Under the pieces are notes generated by a model that was not told the DNA's origin, searched no databases, and saw only the letters and a program-made list of their open reading frames with translations. From positions 1-64,000 of the forward strand of contig JAUCBJ010006960.1 of the NCBI GenBank assembly GCA_032718475.1: 64,000 nt of DNA, given 5' to 3'. A program made the translations under genes and the position numbers. This DNA is from Nemertoderma westbladi (taxonomy: Eukaryota; Animalia; Xenacoelomorpha). Positions 1 through 12,529 of this stretch are shown here, piece by piece; position 1 is the first letter of the stretch; every line of letters starts with the position of its first letter.

Positions 1-109
1 CAGTTAGGCCTAGCAGTATGCAGACTCTATTCCATTAACATACACCAGTACAGCAGTATACCAACCAACCAGACAGCCAGAAGCCAGATATTCATTCAGC
101 CACAATGCA

Positions 110-2101
110 ATAGAAGCTGACCCCCAAAAAATTGATGCCATAGCCAATTTTCCTATTCCTACTAATCGTACAGATTTACGTTCATTCTTGGGCTTGGTAA
201 ATCAATTAGGGCATTTCTCTTCTAATATATCTACAATGGCTGAACCTTTGAGATGTGACTTGAAATCTAAAATGGCGTTCATATGGCTACCAGAACAACA
301 AAGAGCTTTTGAAAATGTCAAGCAGGCTCTTGTATCGCCACCAATTTTGGCCCAATTTGACCCATCAGCACCGACGTCGCTTCATACTGATGCTGCACGA
401 ACTAGGGGATTTGGGTATGCCTTAATGCAACAACAGAATGGACACTGGAGATTAATCCAATGTGGTTCACGTTTTCTACGGGATGTAGAAACTAGATATG
501 CAACCATAGAACTGGAAGCTTTAGCTGTCTTATGGGCAACACGCAAATGTCGGATATATCTTGCTGGTTTGGATAACTATAAAGTAGTAACTGATCATCG
601 TCCTCTAATTCCAATCCTTAATCATTATACTATGGATATGGTTGACAACCCAAGACTTCAGTCATATCTTGAAAAACTATCTGGATACAATTTTACCACT
701 GTATGGAAAAAGGGTAGTGAACATCTTGTTCCAGATGCACTTTCAAGATCACCAGTATCAGATCCGGATGATACTGATAATGATGTTGATACAACACGTA
801 GAGTAACAGCTACTATACAAAGAATTGTTGAAACAATTTCTGTGAGTACAGAAAACACTGACCCAGTCTTGGTTGAATTAAGTGACATAGGGTCAAATGA
901 CACAGACTATATCATATTGAAAGAATGTATAATTAATGGCACTGTCAATGACAATAAATATGTTAAATCTTTTGATAAGATTTGGGGTGAATTAAGTGTC
1001 ACTAATAACTTGGTTATGCGGGGGAACCGCATAGTAATACCAAATAATGCTAAAGAATGGATACTTAAGAGACTTCATGCAGGTCATCTAGGTATTGTTC
1101 GATCTAAACAACGTGCAAGGCAAGTGGTTTATTGGTTAGGAATGAATTCTGATCTTGAGAACTATGTAAGAAACTGTTCCGAATGTCAATTCCATCAAGC
1201 AAGCAATCCTCATGAGGATATGATTTCTGATAATATTCCTAATACTTGTTTTGAGACTACAACTAGTGATCTGTTTTACAAAGACGGTTATCATTATTTA
1301 GTATATGCAGATCGTAAAAGTGGATATCCTTTTGTGTGTAGATTTGAAAGAGATCCATCATCTCAACAAGTGATAAATAAACTCTTACAATGGTTTGCAA
1401 TAACGGGAATACCATACAAATTAAGATCAGATTCAGGACCTCAGTACAACTCAGAGGCTATGAAGGCCTTTCTTAAGGAATATGGAGTTATATGGGAGCC
1501 CTCATCGCCACATTACCCTCAAAGTAATGGGCATGCAGAGGCCATGGTCAAAATTATTAAAAGATTGGTTAGCAAAACATCTACTGATATTGTATCAAGG
1601 AAATTCCAAGATGGTTTAATGGAAATACGTAATACACCAAAGTCAGATGGACTATCACCATCACAGATGTTGTTTGGACATAGTACTCGTACTAATGTAC
1701 CTGTACATAAAGATGTATTAAATCCAATTACTATAGAAAATGTGATAAATGCCGACAACATGAGAGAAGTTATATCAAAGAAAACCGAGGCACACTATAA
1801 CCGAGATTCTAGAACATTACATCCAATACTAAGAGGTCAACATGTTCGTATTCAAAATCCCGACACAAAGAAGTGGGATCGAAATGGAGAAGTGGTGCGC
1901 TGTGATAATCACCGAACCTATACTGTCCGTCTACAATCAGGGTCTTTTCTTAGACGTAACAGACGTTTTTTACGACTTATGGGATCAGGAGGGAAGTTCA
2001 AACAAACATTTAAAGAATCTTCAGATTCAGAGACAAATGAGACAATCGTCAGACGAAAAAGTGATCGTGTAAAGAAACCAACAAATTTTTATCAGGCATA
2101 G
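110..2101 (+). mobile_element. pol: Ty3/Gypsy LTR retrotransposon pol, 3' part (RT thumb/connection, RNase H, integrase)
   Basis: The frame reads IEADPQKIDAI...LRSFLGLVNQL. RNase H motifs LHTDAA, YATIELEALA and TDHRPL; integrase zinc finger H(AG)H...CSEC; DDE core (SDLF, SDSGPQY, SNGHAEAMVK); GPY/F-like C-terminus. The RT catalytic core is not in the window. Confidence 0.93.
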
Positions 2102-2177
2102 ATCGATATTTATTAAACTCTTCAATTGATTGGTTCATATCTTTAGTTAAACTGTTGTAGATATGAACCAGGGGGCG

Positions 2178-2411
2178 TGTAGTATATAGATACACTTAGG
2201 GAGTTTGAGTGGTGGAGGGAAATTCAAAAACGAGAGAAACACAGTTAGAGACTAGGTATATATTACCGGTACTAGCGTAGTGTGAGTGTGACCGTTATGT
2301 TACGCGCTGTCCAGCAGTAGACTGGACAGCACCATTACACCGTATATTAATTACTGAACGAATATATATTGTACTATGTTTATGTCATTTATGGACCTTT
2401 TATATACAACA
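2178..2411 (+). mobile_element. 3' LTR of the Gypsy element (234 bp)
   Basis: Preceded by purine tract AGGGGG (2170-2175). Begins TGTAGTATATA and ends TATATACAACA (imperfect terminal inverted repeat, TG...CA). BEL gag-like coding sequence resumes immediately after. Confidence 0.8.
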
Positions 2412-5306
2412 GACGCCGAGCGAGATATCCAGAATTTATCGCCCGTCGTCTCTCGCTTGCCCGCTACTACGTTGGCGACTCCCGCTTCGGCGGTCGAGTG
2501 GGTAGCTGAGGGACGACGGGAGATGGGTCTCCTGCTCGGGCAGCTGAGGGAACATTGTAAATGTTCCTCCCAGCAGGTCCGGGAGTTGGAAGGGACTGTT
2601 GAGCAGTTAAAGAGAGCAGTAAAAGAGGGTAGGTTAGCATTGCAAGAAGTGCAGCAGAGTATCGCGTCAGAACGCGATAAGTTAGTAAATTTACAAAAGG
2701 GTATACCACCACCCTCTGTAACAATGTGTCAACCTGTTAGGTCTGAAGTATTTCATGCGCAAGGTGTGGAGCCTACACGCATCTATACTGCTAGTGAAGT
2801 AGAAACTCCTATAGTAAACCCTATTAAGGGTAATTATAAACCTGTTGACAGTGATATTCCATATAGACTTGATAATAATCCGAGAAATTTATATACCGAT
2901 AACTCGATATTAAATAATACGATGGCCCAAGAAAGTTTTACGCGTCAAATGGCTAGAACCGAAGCCTGTCAAGCGGTAAAGATGGGAGAGATCGTCAAGT
3001 TCAATGGAGATGAGATGAAATGGTTACCTTTTAATGAATATTACAAAGATAACATACAGAACTCCGTGTTATCTAACGGAGAAAAGCTTAGATTCCTCAT
3101 CGAGTGCTTGGAAGGATCTCCCAAGTTAATGGCGTTAAAGTTTATTGGACATCCAGATGGATTAAGACAAGTTTGGGATACACTAAACATCAGGTATGGT
3201 AATAGGAATAACATAGCTAGGTATTTATATGCGAAATTAATGGCGCCCCGAAAGTTTCTTAGCAGCGGAATTATAGAGTTTTCCGACGAGATTCAAGAGA
3301 TCTGTAGACAACTAGATTGGTTAGGTAAGTCTCATGAATACCAGAATTCTATGGTTGTAGGAGCCTTAGCATCAACTCTGCCAAAGGGTGGAGTAGGTAC
3401 ACGCTGGGACAAGAAAGTATTATATATGATGGAGCAACAACGACGAGACCCTACCATGGCTGATCTCATGTCATTCTTGGATAGCGAGGTAAAACTACAG
3501 CTCCTAAAGCAATCCAGAGAGAAGATACCGGAAAATAAGGTAAGTGAGAAACCCGTTTCTAGGAGAAAGGTAATACCAGTGTGTTATACAGACGACGGCG
3601 AAAGCCAGACTTCTCGAGAGGAAGACAGTGGGAAAGACACTGAAAGATCTTACTATGACAACACAACGCCTAAGGACGTAAGTAAATTCAAGTCTCGAAC
3701 CAATGACAGGAGAGAACAGGTAAGAAAAACTCCTCCCACGTCTCCTAAAAGAATTCACGGAAGAAAGCCCGAGAAAAGAACGAGCGTGCACCACACAGCA
3801 CATGTTAAAGTAAGTAACATCAAGCCCAAATGTGTGTTGTGCGACGGGCCCCACCGTTTAAATGTGTGTAATGAATTCCTAAAGAAATCATTAAAGGATA
3901 GACGTGAAGTCATGTGGGATAAGCGGTTGTGTTATAATTGTCTCAGACGAGGACACCAACGGCGAACCTGTTACTCCGACGCAAGGTGTGCGAAGTGCGG
4001 CGCGAAACATCATATTTTGTTGCACACCGAATTCGAAAGAAACAGCCCGAGTCAGGTAAGTGAGTCCGAACTACATGTCCAATTCAGTGATGTGAACGAC
4101 ACTGACCAAAGTTCTGAGATGGAAGGATTCTATACGGACGAATTCTCCGACCAAAGTTCTGAAATGGAAGGATTCTATACGGACGAATTCTCAGACGAAA
4201 ACGAATCCTGTTACTTAATAAATACCGCAGTGTATCGAGCACTTACGTATGAGAAGGAAACCGACAGTGAGCTCCCCCTAACTACTTCTGATCGACAACC
4301 ATCTTGGAAAGCGCCAACTTCCAATGTAGGAATCCGAGAATTTCCTGTAGTACAGTTAAGGGTCCACGGACCTAAAAGGAGTTATATAGTGAACGCCCTC
4401 CTTGACTCCGGTAGCACAGGAACATTCATCGACAAAGAACTAGCCGAAGACATCTTTGCTGGACAACCCAAGTTCCGAACTAAGCTAAACATGGCAGGAA
4501 TTATGCAGGTTTGGAAATCTACCGTAATAGCGGATTATTATGTAGGCGCGTTGTCCACCCCCCAGGATGAACTAGGAGAACACAGCATAAGGTCAGTAAA
4601 AATGGTAGCGATAAAGAACTTCGCGACCAGCCAAGTGGAACCTTATAACTGGGATGAGGACGATTTCACCCAGCAGCTTGAAATACCTAGATTCAACACC
4701 GATTACCCTGGAGTCCAAATACTCATCGGTCAAAATGCGCATGAAGCGCTCGAGACATTGGAGAAACGGCCTGCTCAACCGCAACCACTACAAGTCTATG
4801 CGGGAAGAACTAGAGTAGGTTGGTACTTTACTGGCCCTTCTCGTAGAACTCTTATGGAAAGATTACCAAAAGAACAGGTATATCAATTAAGTGAACGGGA
4901 AGTGGAGAGCAGTGAAGTTGACGACCCAACTGAGGGAACACCATACTCCTCAGATAATGACGACATCAACTCCAATGTAGATCAATGGAGACATTGCCCC
5001 GAGACGATCAATCTAGCCGACATCGCTTCCAGAGGAGCAACTCCTCAAGAACTTACAGATACTCCAGACCGGTTAGGTGGACCCGACCTCCTAAGTAAAG
5101 AAGATGAATGGCCTCCTCATCTTACCCCGGTGAAGATTAGACAGGCCAAGGGAGCGGAGAAAGTAACACAACCACTCAATCGCCCAGCTGGTCGTTTATG
5201 TTTACTGGAAAGGGACCGAAAACTGTCCGGAAACTATGGAAGGCAAGATACTCTTCCCACGACCACCTCCCTAATCCAACAAATATCTAGGGACTCCATA
5301 ACGTAA
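2412..5306 (+). mobile_element. gag: BEL/Pao-type gag-protease ORF of a non-autonomous element, 5' part interrupted by the Gypsy insertion
   Basis: DUF1759-like KFNGDEMKWLPF; three BEL-type zinc knuckles (CVLCDGPHRLNVC, CYNCLRRGHQRRTC, CAKCGAKHHILLH); aspartic protease LLDSGS...ILIG...GW; only short pol remnants (WRHCPETINLADIASRG; RPAGRLCLLE). Confidence 0.88.
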
Positions 5307-6730
5307 CAACATACAGAGTGGGTGTTTGACTATATTATTTTATATTTATTTTATTATTTTATATTATGTATGTATTATTATGTAATTTTATTATAATCGT
5401 TTTCTTTAATTTTATTTAGTCAAATGTTATTTAGCGATTATTTAGTAGATTAGTGCAATATATTAGTGTTTATTACTTAATTACTTATATATTATATATT
5501 TAGTGCGATGGCGAGAAATAATCCTTTTTCTCTTTCCTTACTGTCCGTATCATATTATAAATACGTAACTACAGTAAGATGAAATATCCGTACTTATTAA
5601 AGTACAATAAAGCTCCTACTATATTCAAGTATTATTGGTAGGCAGAGTATTAGGAATGCAAAGTTCAGATCCTCGTGTCTCGGCTAAACCAAGCTCTGGG
5701 TAGACCTTGGAAACGACTTGCCTCTTCACACTGACATTGCTTCGTGCGATATTGCTCTCATACCGTATATTAAATAATACATATAGTAGCGTGATGTCCC
5801 TTTAACAGTAGCGTAAAACGCAAAATAAATCTGTTAAACCCTTTGACCATTTGCAATTCTAGTCGATTAAGATATCGCGGCACCCACCGATATACTTGAA
5901 AGACAAAATTCTAGAATCAGTGGTTAATGTCCCCAGACTTGTTCTGGAATAAACTGGTGCCCATCCTAAATATTAATTATTAATATTTACAAAATCTGTC
6001 GAATTTTGGATCCTTTAAAATTCTAGTCGATTAAGATATCGTAGCACATACCGATACTCTTAAAAAGACAAAATTCCTAGAATCAAGGATCCCAGTCCCC
6101 AGACATGTTCTGGAATAAAATTGTGTCTATTTAATATTAAATAATAAAATTTACGGGAATAAATTTAAATTCATCTTTTAATGAATTTGATAAATTGTTA
6201 TTTTATACAATTTATAATATTCCCAAAATTCCATTAATTAATAGATCATGGGAGCGGAGATTCACCTCTTAAGTGTATTAGTGTGCGAGAATCTCCAATA
6301 TAGAGTCAATAGCCTATAAAATTCATAAAGTCATATATAAAGATGATATTGACCATTAAAGACTTACTATTAAATAGCATCCCAGATCTGTATGCATGGG
6401 AATTACCCTAATTCTACCGCTAGCTTTCCATAATGTCACCATAGTAACAGCCACGCTAGAATTAGAAGTGAGTTAAAAGAACAATAAAACGCTTGCCCAT
6501 TGAATAGCATACGGAATAAATAGCACACCGCTAGTATCCAAGGATACCTAATAACAACGTGACATTCTGGAAGGCACTTGACTAACGGACAAATGACCCG
6601 AATGTGTGATAGAATGTGTACCATTTGTGACAGTTACGTGGAATTTGTGCGTTTGTAGGTGAATGTTACTACTAAGGTGTGTTTACAGTAGCGAGTCGCA
6701 ATTGTGAAAGTAGCCCTAACTCTCCAGTAA

Positions 6731-6910
6731 GAACCTGAAGTATATCTAAGCCTTTGGGACGGACGGTGGAGTGACTTGTGCTGGTTGTTGTAGTCGTTGT
6801 GCAGCTACGACGTTGGCGATAGGCACATCGACGAAAGTACACCAGCGCTGAGGATCTTGCACTGTCCGGGGGCAGAGAGGGGTAGGCAGCGACGCCCGCT
6901 CGCCTAAATA
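6731..6910 (+). other. Conserved GC-rich, probably structured cis-element in the BEL 3' region (copy 1)
   Basis: Ungapped alignment with the reverse complement of 30733-30913 (about 18 mismatches in 142 nt by hand count); a long hairpin is possible in both copies. Confidence 0.75.
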
Positions 6911-6925
6911 TAAACTCATTATAAT

Positions 6926-8470
6926 ATGGATAAACTTATATAGCAGATATGGCTGAGTTGATAGAAGATGATCTTGGTATCAGGGAGCGATATACTCTAC
7001 CTTTACAGGCGTTTGTTGATAGCTTGATACGCGGCGACGCTGGTCCAACTACTACGGAGGACGATGGTCGTTATATCTAACCGCCAATGTCCCGGGAGCA
7101 ACTTGCGCGTGGGTTGGACTGTAGAAAATTCACCGCTCGCTATACGCTTCGTAATGGTACGTATATGGACTTCTTAACTACTGGTCATCCTATCGACCTA
7201 CACGATACGAACGATATAGACACCAAAAGGGAAATGGTTTTATTTAAATATCATACCCAGCGGAAGCGGAACGATAAACTGAGACTCGAACACGAAAATT
7301 CTATTCGAAACCGACTCGAAAGTGCAGATGTTGAAGAGCCGGATAAACGCAGCGACTTCACCAAATACCTGGAATTCTTGAGAGAAACCTATCTCGATAT
7401 TACCAGTCAACAGAATCTAGAAACTCGATATCCTCAAGGTATACATCATGACCGCATGGTAGAACTCAAACGGCTCTATTCCACTATGATGTATCTAACC
7501 GCCGATCGACCGCTACCTGTTGTACCGGATAGCTTCGAACAGATGGAGGAATATTGTAAACTGGAGAAAGATCACTCGCGTTTCCCCTACAAGACGTGCG
7601 TCTTTGGTATTATTGCGATGAATGCCCTAGACCCAACCAACAAACGGAAAGACCTAAACATCCGTGGAGACGTTGTATTAAACACGGTTTTACTCGCTAT
7701 ACTTACGGGAGTTTCGAGCGAAATTTGTTTGACGTATCACCTACGCTCGTTCGACTCAGACGATCCTTAAATAAACCAATGATCAGAGTTACGGAATACT
7801 CGATCAGACCTCCTCATTCCCTAGTGAGACCTCAGACTCCTGATCCTATTAGTATGACGGATCCTCCCGAGCTGTACTCACTGTTCAAAGATCTAGTGTT
7901 ACCTGAACAATTAGTCGGTGGCACCCCGGTTGTGGGCTTCCTAGATATTAGCCCATCTTACTTAGCCGTATTGGGACGCGGACACCTAATATCGCCATTC
8001 AACTGTATAGTCGTCCCAGTTTAACGCGATACAACCCTTCATCAAGGTGGAGGAGAGCGTTGTACGAAACGAGTTAAACGCTATTCTACAAAGATCAGAA
8101 AGGAAACCTGCGTTTGTTCAGATAAACGTAAGTTGTAACAGCAAGTCCAAGCGATAAACGAATTGGCTTTATCTCAGTTCGATTGGGAAATCCAGAATCT
8201 CTAAGAAGATATCGAACTTAGACAACCCTATTCTCTGCGAGAGTTTTGGACGAACGTATCCAACGACAAGCGGAGGAAAATCAGCTCGAGGAGAAGCATA
8301 TCGAAATGGACGAGACCCCGACCGTAACCTTAAACCTTCTGATGCAATTGTATTGCACCCTTCACCCAGGAGTTATAGCCCTCCTAGTAAAGTGGCTCGC
8401 CCTAAAGAGAAAAGGACTCTTGCTAGCCTCAAGAAACTGCGTAAACGCCGTCCGCGCAAGAAAGACTAAC
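6926..8470 (+). pseudogene. Decayed accessory ORF of BEL element 1 (unknown product; intact segment 7087-7770)
   Basis: ATG 6949 is in frame with the 227-aa ORF across a single TAA. ATG 6926 joins it after a small frameshift. Coding-like sequence continues in shifted frames (7770-8024, about 8150-8470) up to the PPT. Confidence 0.5.
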
Positions 8471-8546
8471 TGTTTAGAGTATTTTTATATTTTAGAAACT
8501 GTGATTTTTATATTTTATATAATTAAATCCCATTTTCTGGGAGCGG

Positions 8547-9171
8547 TGTAAAAGCTTTTGGGGATATAACTGGCCTTTTCCATTTGTAATCCAGTTTTCC
8601 CCCATTCGCTCAAATCCTCTAAACTGTTGCTTCTAGTGGCACAATCCGCCCGCTGGTTGGCTGATTTGCTGTACACAAGGCCTCTTTGTTCTGTTCGATT
8701 AACCAATCAGAACAATGATCGACCAATCAGAGCGATTTAGCCTTGTGTTGGCTATGGGCTGCAAAGGCTAGGGAGGTTTGGCATTTAGACATTCATGGAA
8801 CTTATAGAAACTGGAACTCTGCCAATGAGAGCTTTTCCTCTTTGTGTTGAAAGCTACCTGCAACAGCTCACAGGGTTCAGTGTGTTGGTTTTCCTGATGC
8901 CATGAACATCGGCTATGGAATTATTCTGTTTTATTCCAACATTAGAACGACTTTAATTATAAGAACACATAACTGTTACCGGAACCGGCACGGTACAGCG
9001 GTACGAGACACTAAGAACACGAACGGTACGGTACATTGCACATTATTTACTGCTATTTACTGTTTGTTATTAATTGTATCAGTTGTTTACATATTGTTAT
9101 TTGGAGAATAACGATAAACGATCAGAAACCCCGATCTTCTTGATACACTAAGGTTAGAGAGACTGGTTACA
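8547..9171 (+). mobile_element. Probable 3' LTR of BEL element 1 (right end uncertain)
   Basis: GGGAGCGG|TGT junction, same PPT/LTR junction as element 2 (GGAGCGG|TGT); CCAAT boxes inside; candidate end GGTTACA at 9171. Confidence 0.55.
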
Positions 9172-11919
9172 TATAGCAATTGCGACTTATATTATCGTGG
9201 TTTGTAGTGAATTGAATGCTATTTTATAGGCCCTACAAATGTCGGTTGCTATTCTCTTTATATATGATTAAAATCAGTGACTATCGGCAATTCAGTGTGC
9301 AGCGGTGTGCAATAGTCTGTATGTGCTTGTCCGCGTAACAAAGCATCTCCTAAAGAATGCGCCTTATGTGTAACTTATAATCCATTCCGTTGTGTTTAGT
9401 GTAAGCCATAGCTCTGTTTATATAGATAGAGCGCCACGTCCTAAAGGAACTGCTAATATCTCCCGAAAGTGAATGATATTTGTCAGGAATTATATTAACG
9501 ATCAATCGAATAGTACGGTAGGCCTGCACCGCAATCAAATTAAAGCATCCGAATCCAGTCTCCCGGGTATATCCAGCGGGTGAATGGTCGCGCATAGACT
9601 GGCTTCGGCTAATGTTGGATTTATTTGTGTCAAATACTTGTCATAGGCTAAAGTCGATTTATAACCTAGAAGACATATAGATTTGGCGGGTTAAACTGCC
9701 AAAGGTCTTAAAAGCGCGAACAGCCTCTGATGCGCACCACAAATTAATTGAAATCACGAAAATACACAAAAAAATTTCGCTCGCTGCGCTCGCATTAGTT
9801 TCTCATTTCCAATTCTTCAAACAGTCAAATCACTTCACCATAATACTGTAATACCGGCAACCGGAGCTGAATTTGTCTATTTATTTTAACTTTATACTTT
9901 ATTGTTGTATTGTTATTAGGTCTATGCTCAGATGCTATGCCGATGTTACGTTAGTAAACAGGTAAAGTCAGAAAGTAACAATGTATTATAAGTATGACTT
10001 AATTATAAGCCAACTGTATGTTTAAGCCTAATTGTTAGGTAGGCCTATACAAAGTATTATTGGCAGACTGGTACCTATTTCAATATTCGTTTTTTTGAAA
10101 TTACCGGTACATGTTTTGTTTGTAATCTAAAATAATATTTTCTGTTATAAAAGCAGTGAGCCCGATGGGCCACCATAGTAGTGGATTAAAAAAATATTTT
10201 TTAATATTAACAATTTTGATGTTGCAAAAATTACATTTATTATGTAAGCCTAGATTCAACGTACAGACAGACAGACGTAAAGATAAGCTTAAAACGCTCA
10301 AACTTGTAAAATAGGAATGTAAAATTGTTCTTATGAACTGTGCGATTTTTTGAGATATGCATGACATGAGCTGCGCGATTTTGTTTGGATTATGACATAT
10401 GATGAGGTGCGCGATGAGCCAATTTCAGGTGCGCGGTGATTTCAAAACAACAAAGCGTACCTGCGCACTCATGCATGAATTCCAACCTGGGTAGTCACCG
10501 GACCGCTGCGGTTTACTCCCGTAGAACAGTAGAATTCCCGCAGCTTCCGACCCAATTCGACAACGAATTCGCTTCACACTTTCGCGTCACAGAGAACGTA
10601 ATCCAGTGCGATAACGTCTGCCCAACGTTCAACCATTTCCCCCAGGCGATCCCAGGATCCGGGCCGCCGCTAAACCCAGATCGCAATCCTCGTCGATTCG
10701 TCCAGTCGTCGACGTAAGTCAGTAAGTGGGACTCTTCCCACCGCACTCCAAGGTGGGTGACCGGAGTGAGGCATGATGAACTTGGCAGTGGCCCGCATTA
10801 CGATCTGACCGACCGCCGTATTCCCAGTGTCTGAGTGTAGTAAATTACCCAAATAGAATCGTACTGACAAACAAGCAATTCCGTAGTATTCCCCCGTTAA
10901 TCACCTCTTGAAGCAACTCGGCTGCTCGGGTCCAGATACATCGGACTGTCGGGAGCATTTCAGACATCAGACAGTAATGGAGCGGCATTTGCGAATATTT
11001 CCAATGGTTTTATAGGCCTAATAAATAAGGGGATTCAACAGTTCAATGCTAAAACAAATGGATTATTCCTAACCCCACCCCAATACAGCAATATACCTAA
11101 CAGTATATAGCTTAGGTACCACAGTCTGACTAGCTTTAAATATTAGAGTATGAAAACTATTATAGGACCCTCATGGAAACGAGGTATATACCTCATGAGG
11201 CTATCCTTACACCAGAACCTTTTATTTAAGTAAATAAACATTTTATAAGTTGACTATCTACATAAATCAGTATTGGTGCTCCTAAATATCTAGTGTTATT
11301 ACTTGTACTGTAGGCCTAATATCGTAACGTAATCTTTATAAATGTATTATTGTGAATTTTAAAAGGTTTAATTATGTGTAAAAAACAATCAATCAATCAA
11401 ACCATAATCAGCACAGTCAGCCTACGCATGGGTGGTACCTACGGTGCGCACTACAACGGCAGTACAGCAATACGGTGTACCGTGCCAATGACTGAATGAT
11501 TAGCGGTAACTACTGAACTATCTAAACTATTATATTATTATTACCGGTACTAGGCTAATTAGGCCTAAACTATAATCACCGCAAGGGTTTCCGGGGCCAT
11601 GTTTAGATTACATGATATGGCATGTCTGCAGTGTATGGTACCGGCTGACCTGTATTGCAGTATTGACTGATTGCAGAATTCTCGATTCAGGAATTGAGTA
11701 CAGCCTGACAGTACCGGTACAAATGGTACATGCAGATTGGCAGACAGCCCCTATGTTTTGCAAAATTTGTCAGAAAACCAGCTGATTTATCCTACAGTAA
11801 TAATAATTTAACGCATGTTAATTTTGGATAAATAAATATATTATAACTACAATAACAGTTACACTGATGCTGCACGAAGGCCCCACGCAAATTCTACTTG
11901 GAAAATTTTCAAACTTTTG

Positions 11920-12203
11920 CCAAACAACATGTGTACCAAGTTTGGATAGATTTCATCAAGGATTGGCCGAGTTATTAACGTTTGAAATTAAATACTGAAA
12001 AAAAACGTGACAGAACGACAGAACGACAGGTTGATTAATGGTACCACTACGCTAAGGCTCTCTCACTTCGTGGCTCGCCCCACAGGTTGATTAATGGTAC
12101 CACTACGCTAAGGCTCTCTCACTTCGTGGCTCGCCCCACAGAACGACAGGTTGATTAATGGTACCCCTACGCTAAGGCTCACTCACTTCGTGGCTCGCCC
12201 CAC
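11920..12203 (+). repeat. Interspersed-repeat fragment with GACAGAAC microrepeats and 3 tandem ~56-65-bp copies ending GGCTCGCCCCA (Helentron/HINE-like)
   Basis: Three copies of CAGGTTGATTAATGGTACC.CTACGCTAAGGCTC.CTCACTTCGTGGCTCGCCCCA at about 12027-12203. The family assignment is by resemblance only. Confidence 0.5.
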
Positions 12204-12529
12204 ATTGTTTGCCAAACAGGAAAGACACTCCACAATATAAATAGTTGCATCGCCAATAGCTTTTACTGTACCAATAGCGCAGTTGGGGGATTTTAATGAA
12301 GGTTCAAACTGCTATTCCACAAACATGCTGCTTATCTTTTAGTTTATTTGGCCTTGGGGTGGGTTGTAAACGCTCTTAAATGGTTTGAAACAGTCGTAAT
12401 TTAAGGAAGCCAAGTCGTACCAGGTTGTAATGGTCGTAAAATACCTAGCCAGGCTGAGATTATTAGATAATATGTAAATTGTTTAATATTGTTAATCTGG
12501 AAAAAAATATCAATCAATCAATCAATCTA

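Noticed and set aside
5607-5650. AATAAA followed by TGGTAGGCAGAG, resembling an LTR end plus tRNA-iMet PBS
   Set aside because: Imperfect match and no partner LTR or TSD visible.
10436-10980. CpG-rich stretch with short ORFs and GTAAGT donors; possible first exon/promoter or DIRS RT remnant
   Set aside because: No frame gives a recognisable protein, and the donor phase does not match exon A; not supportable.
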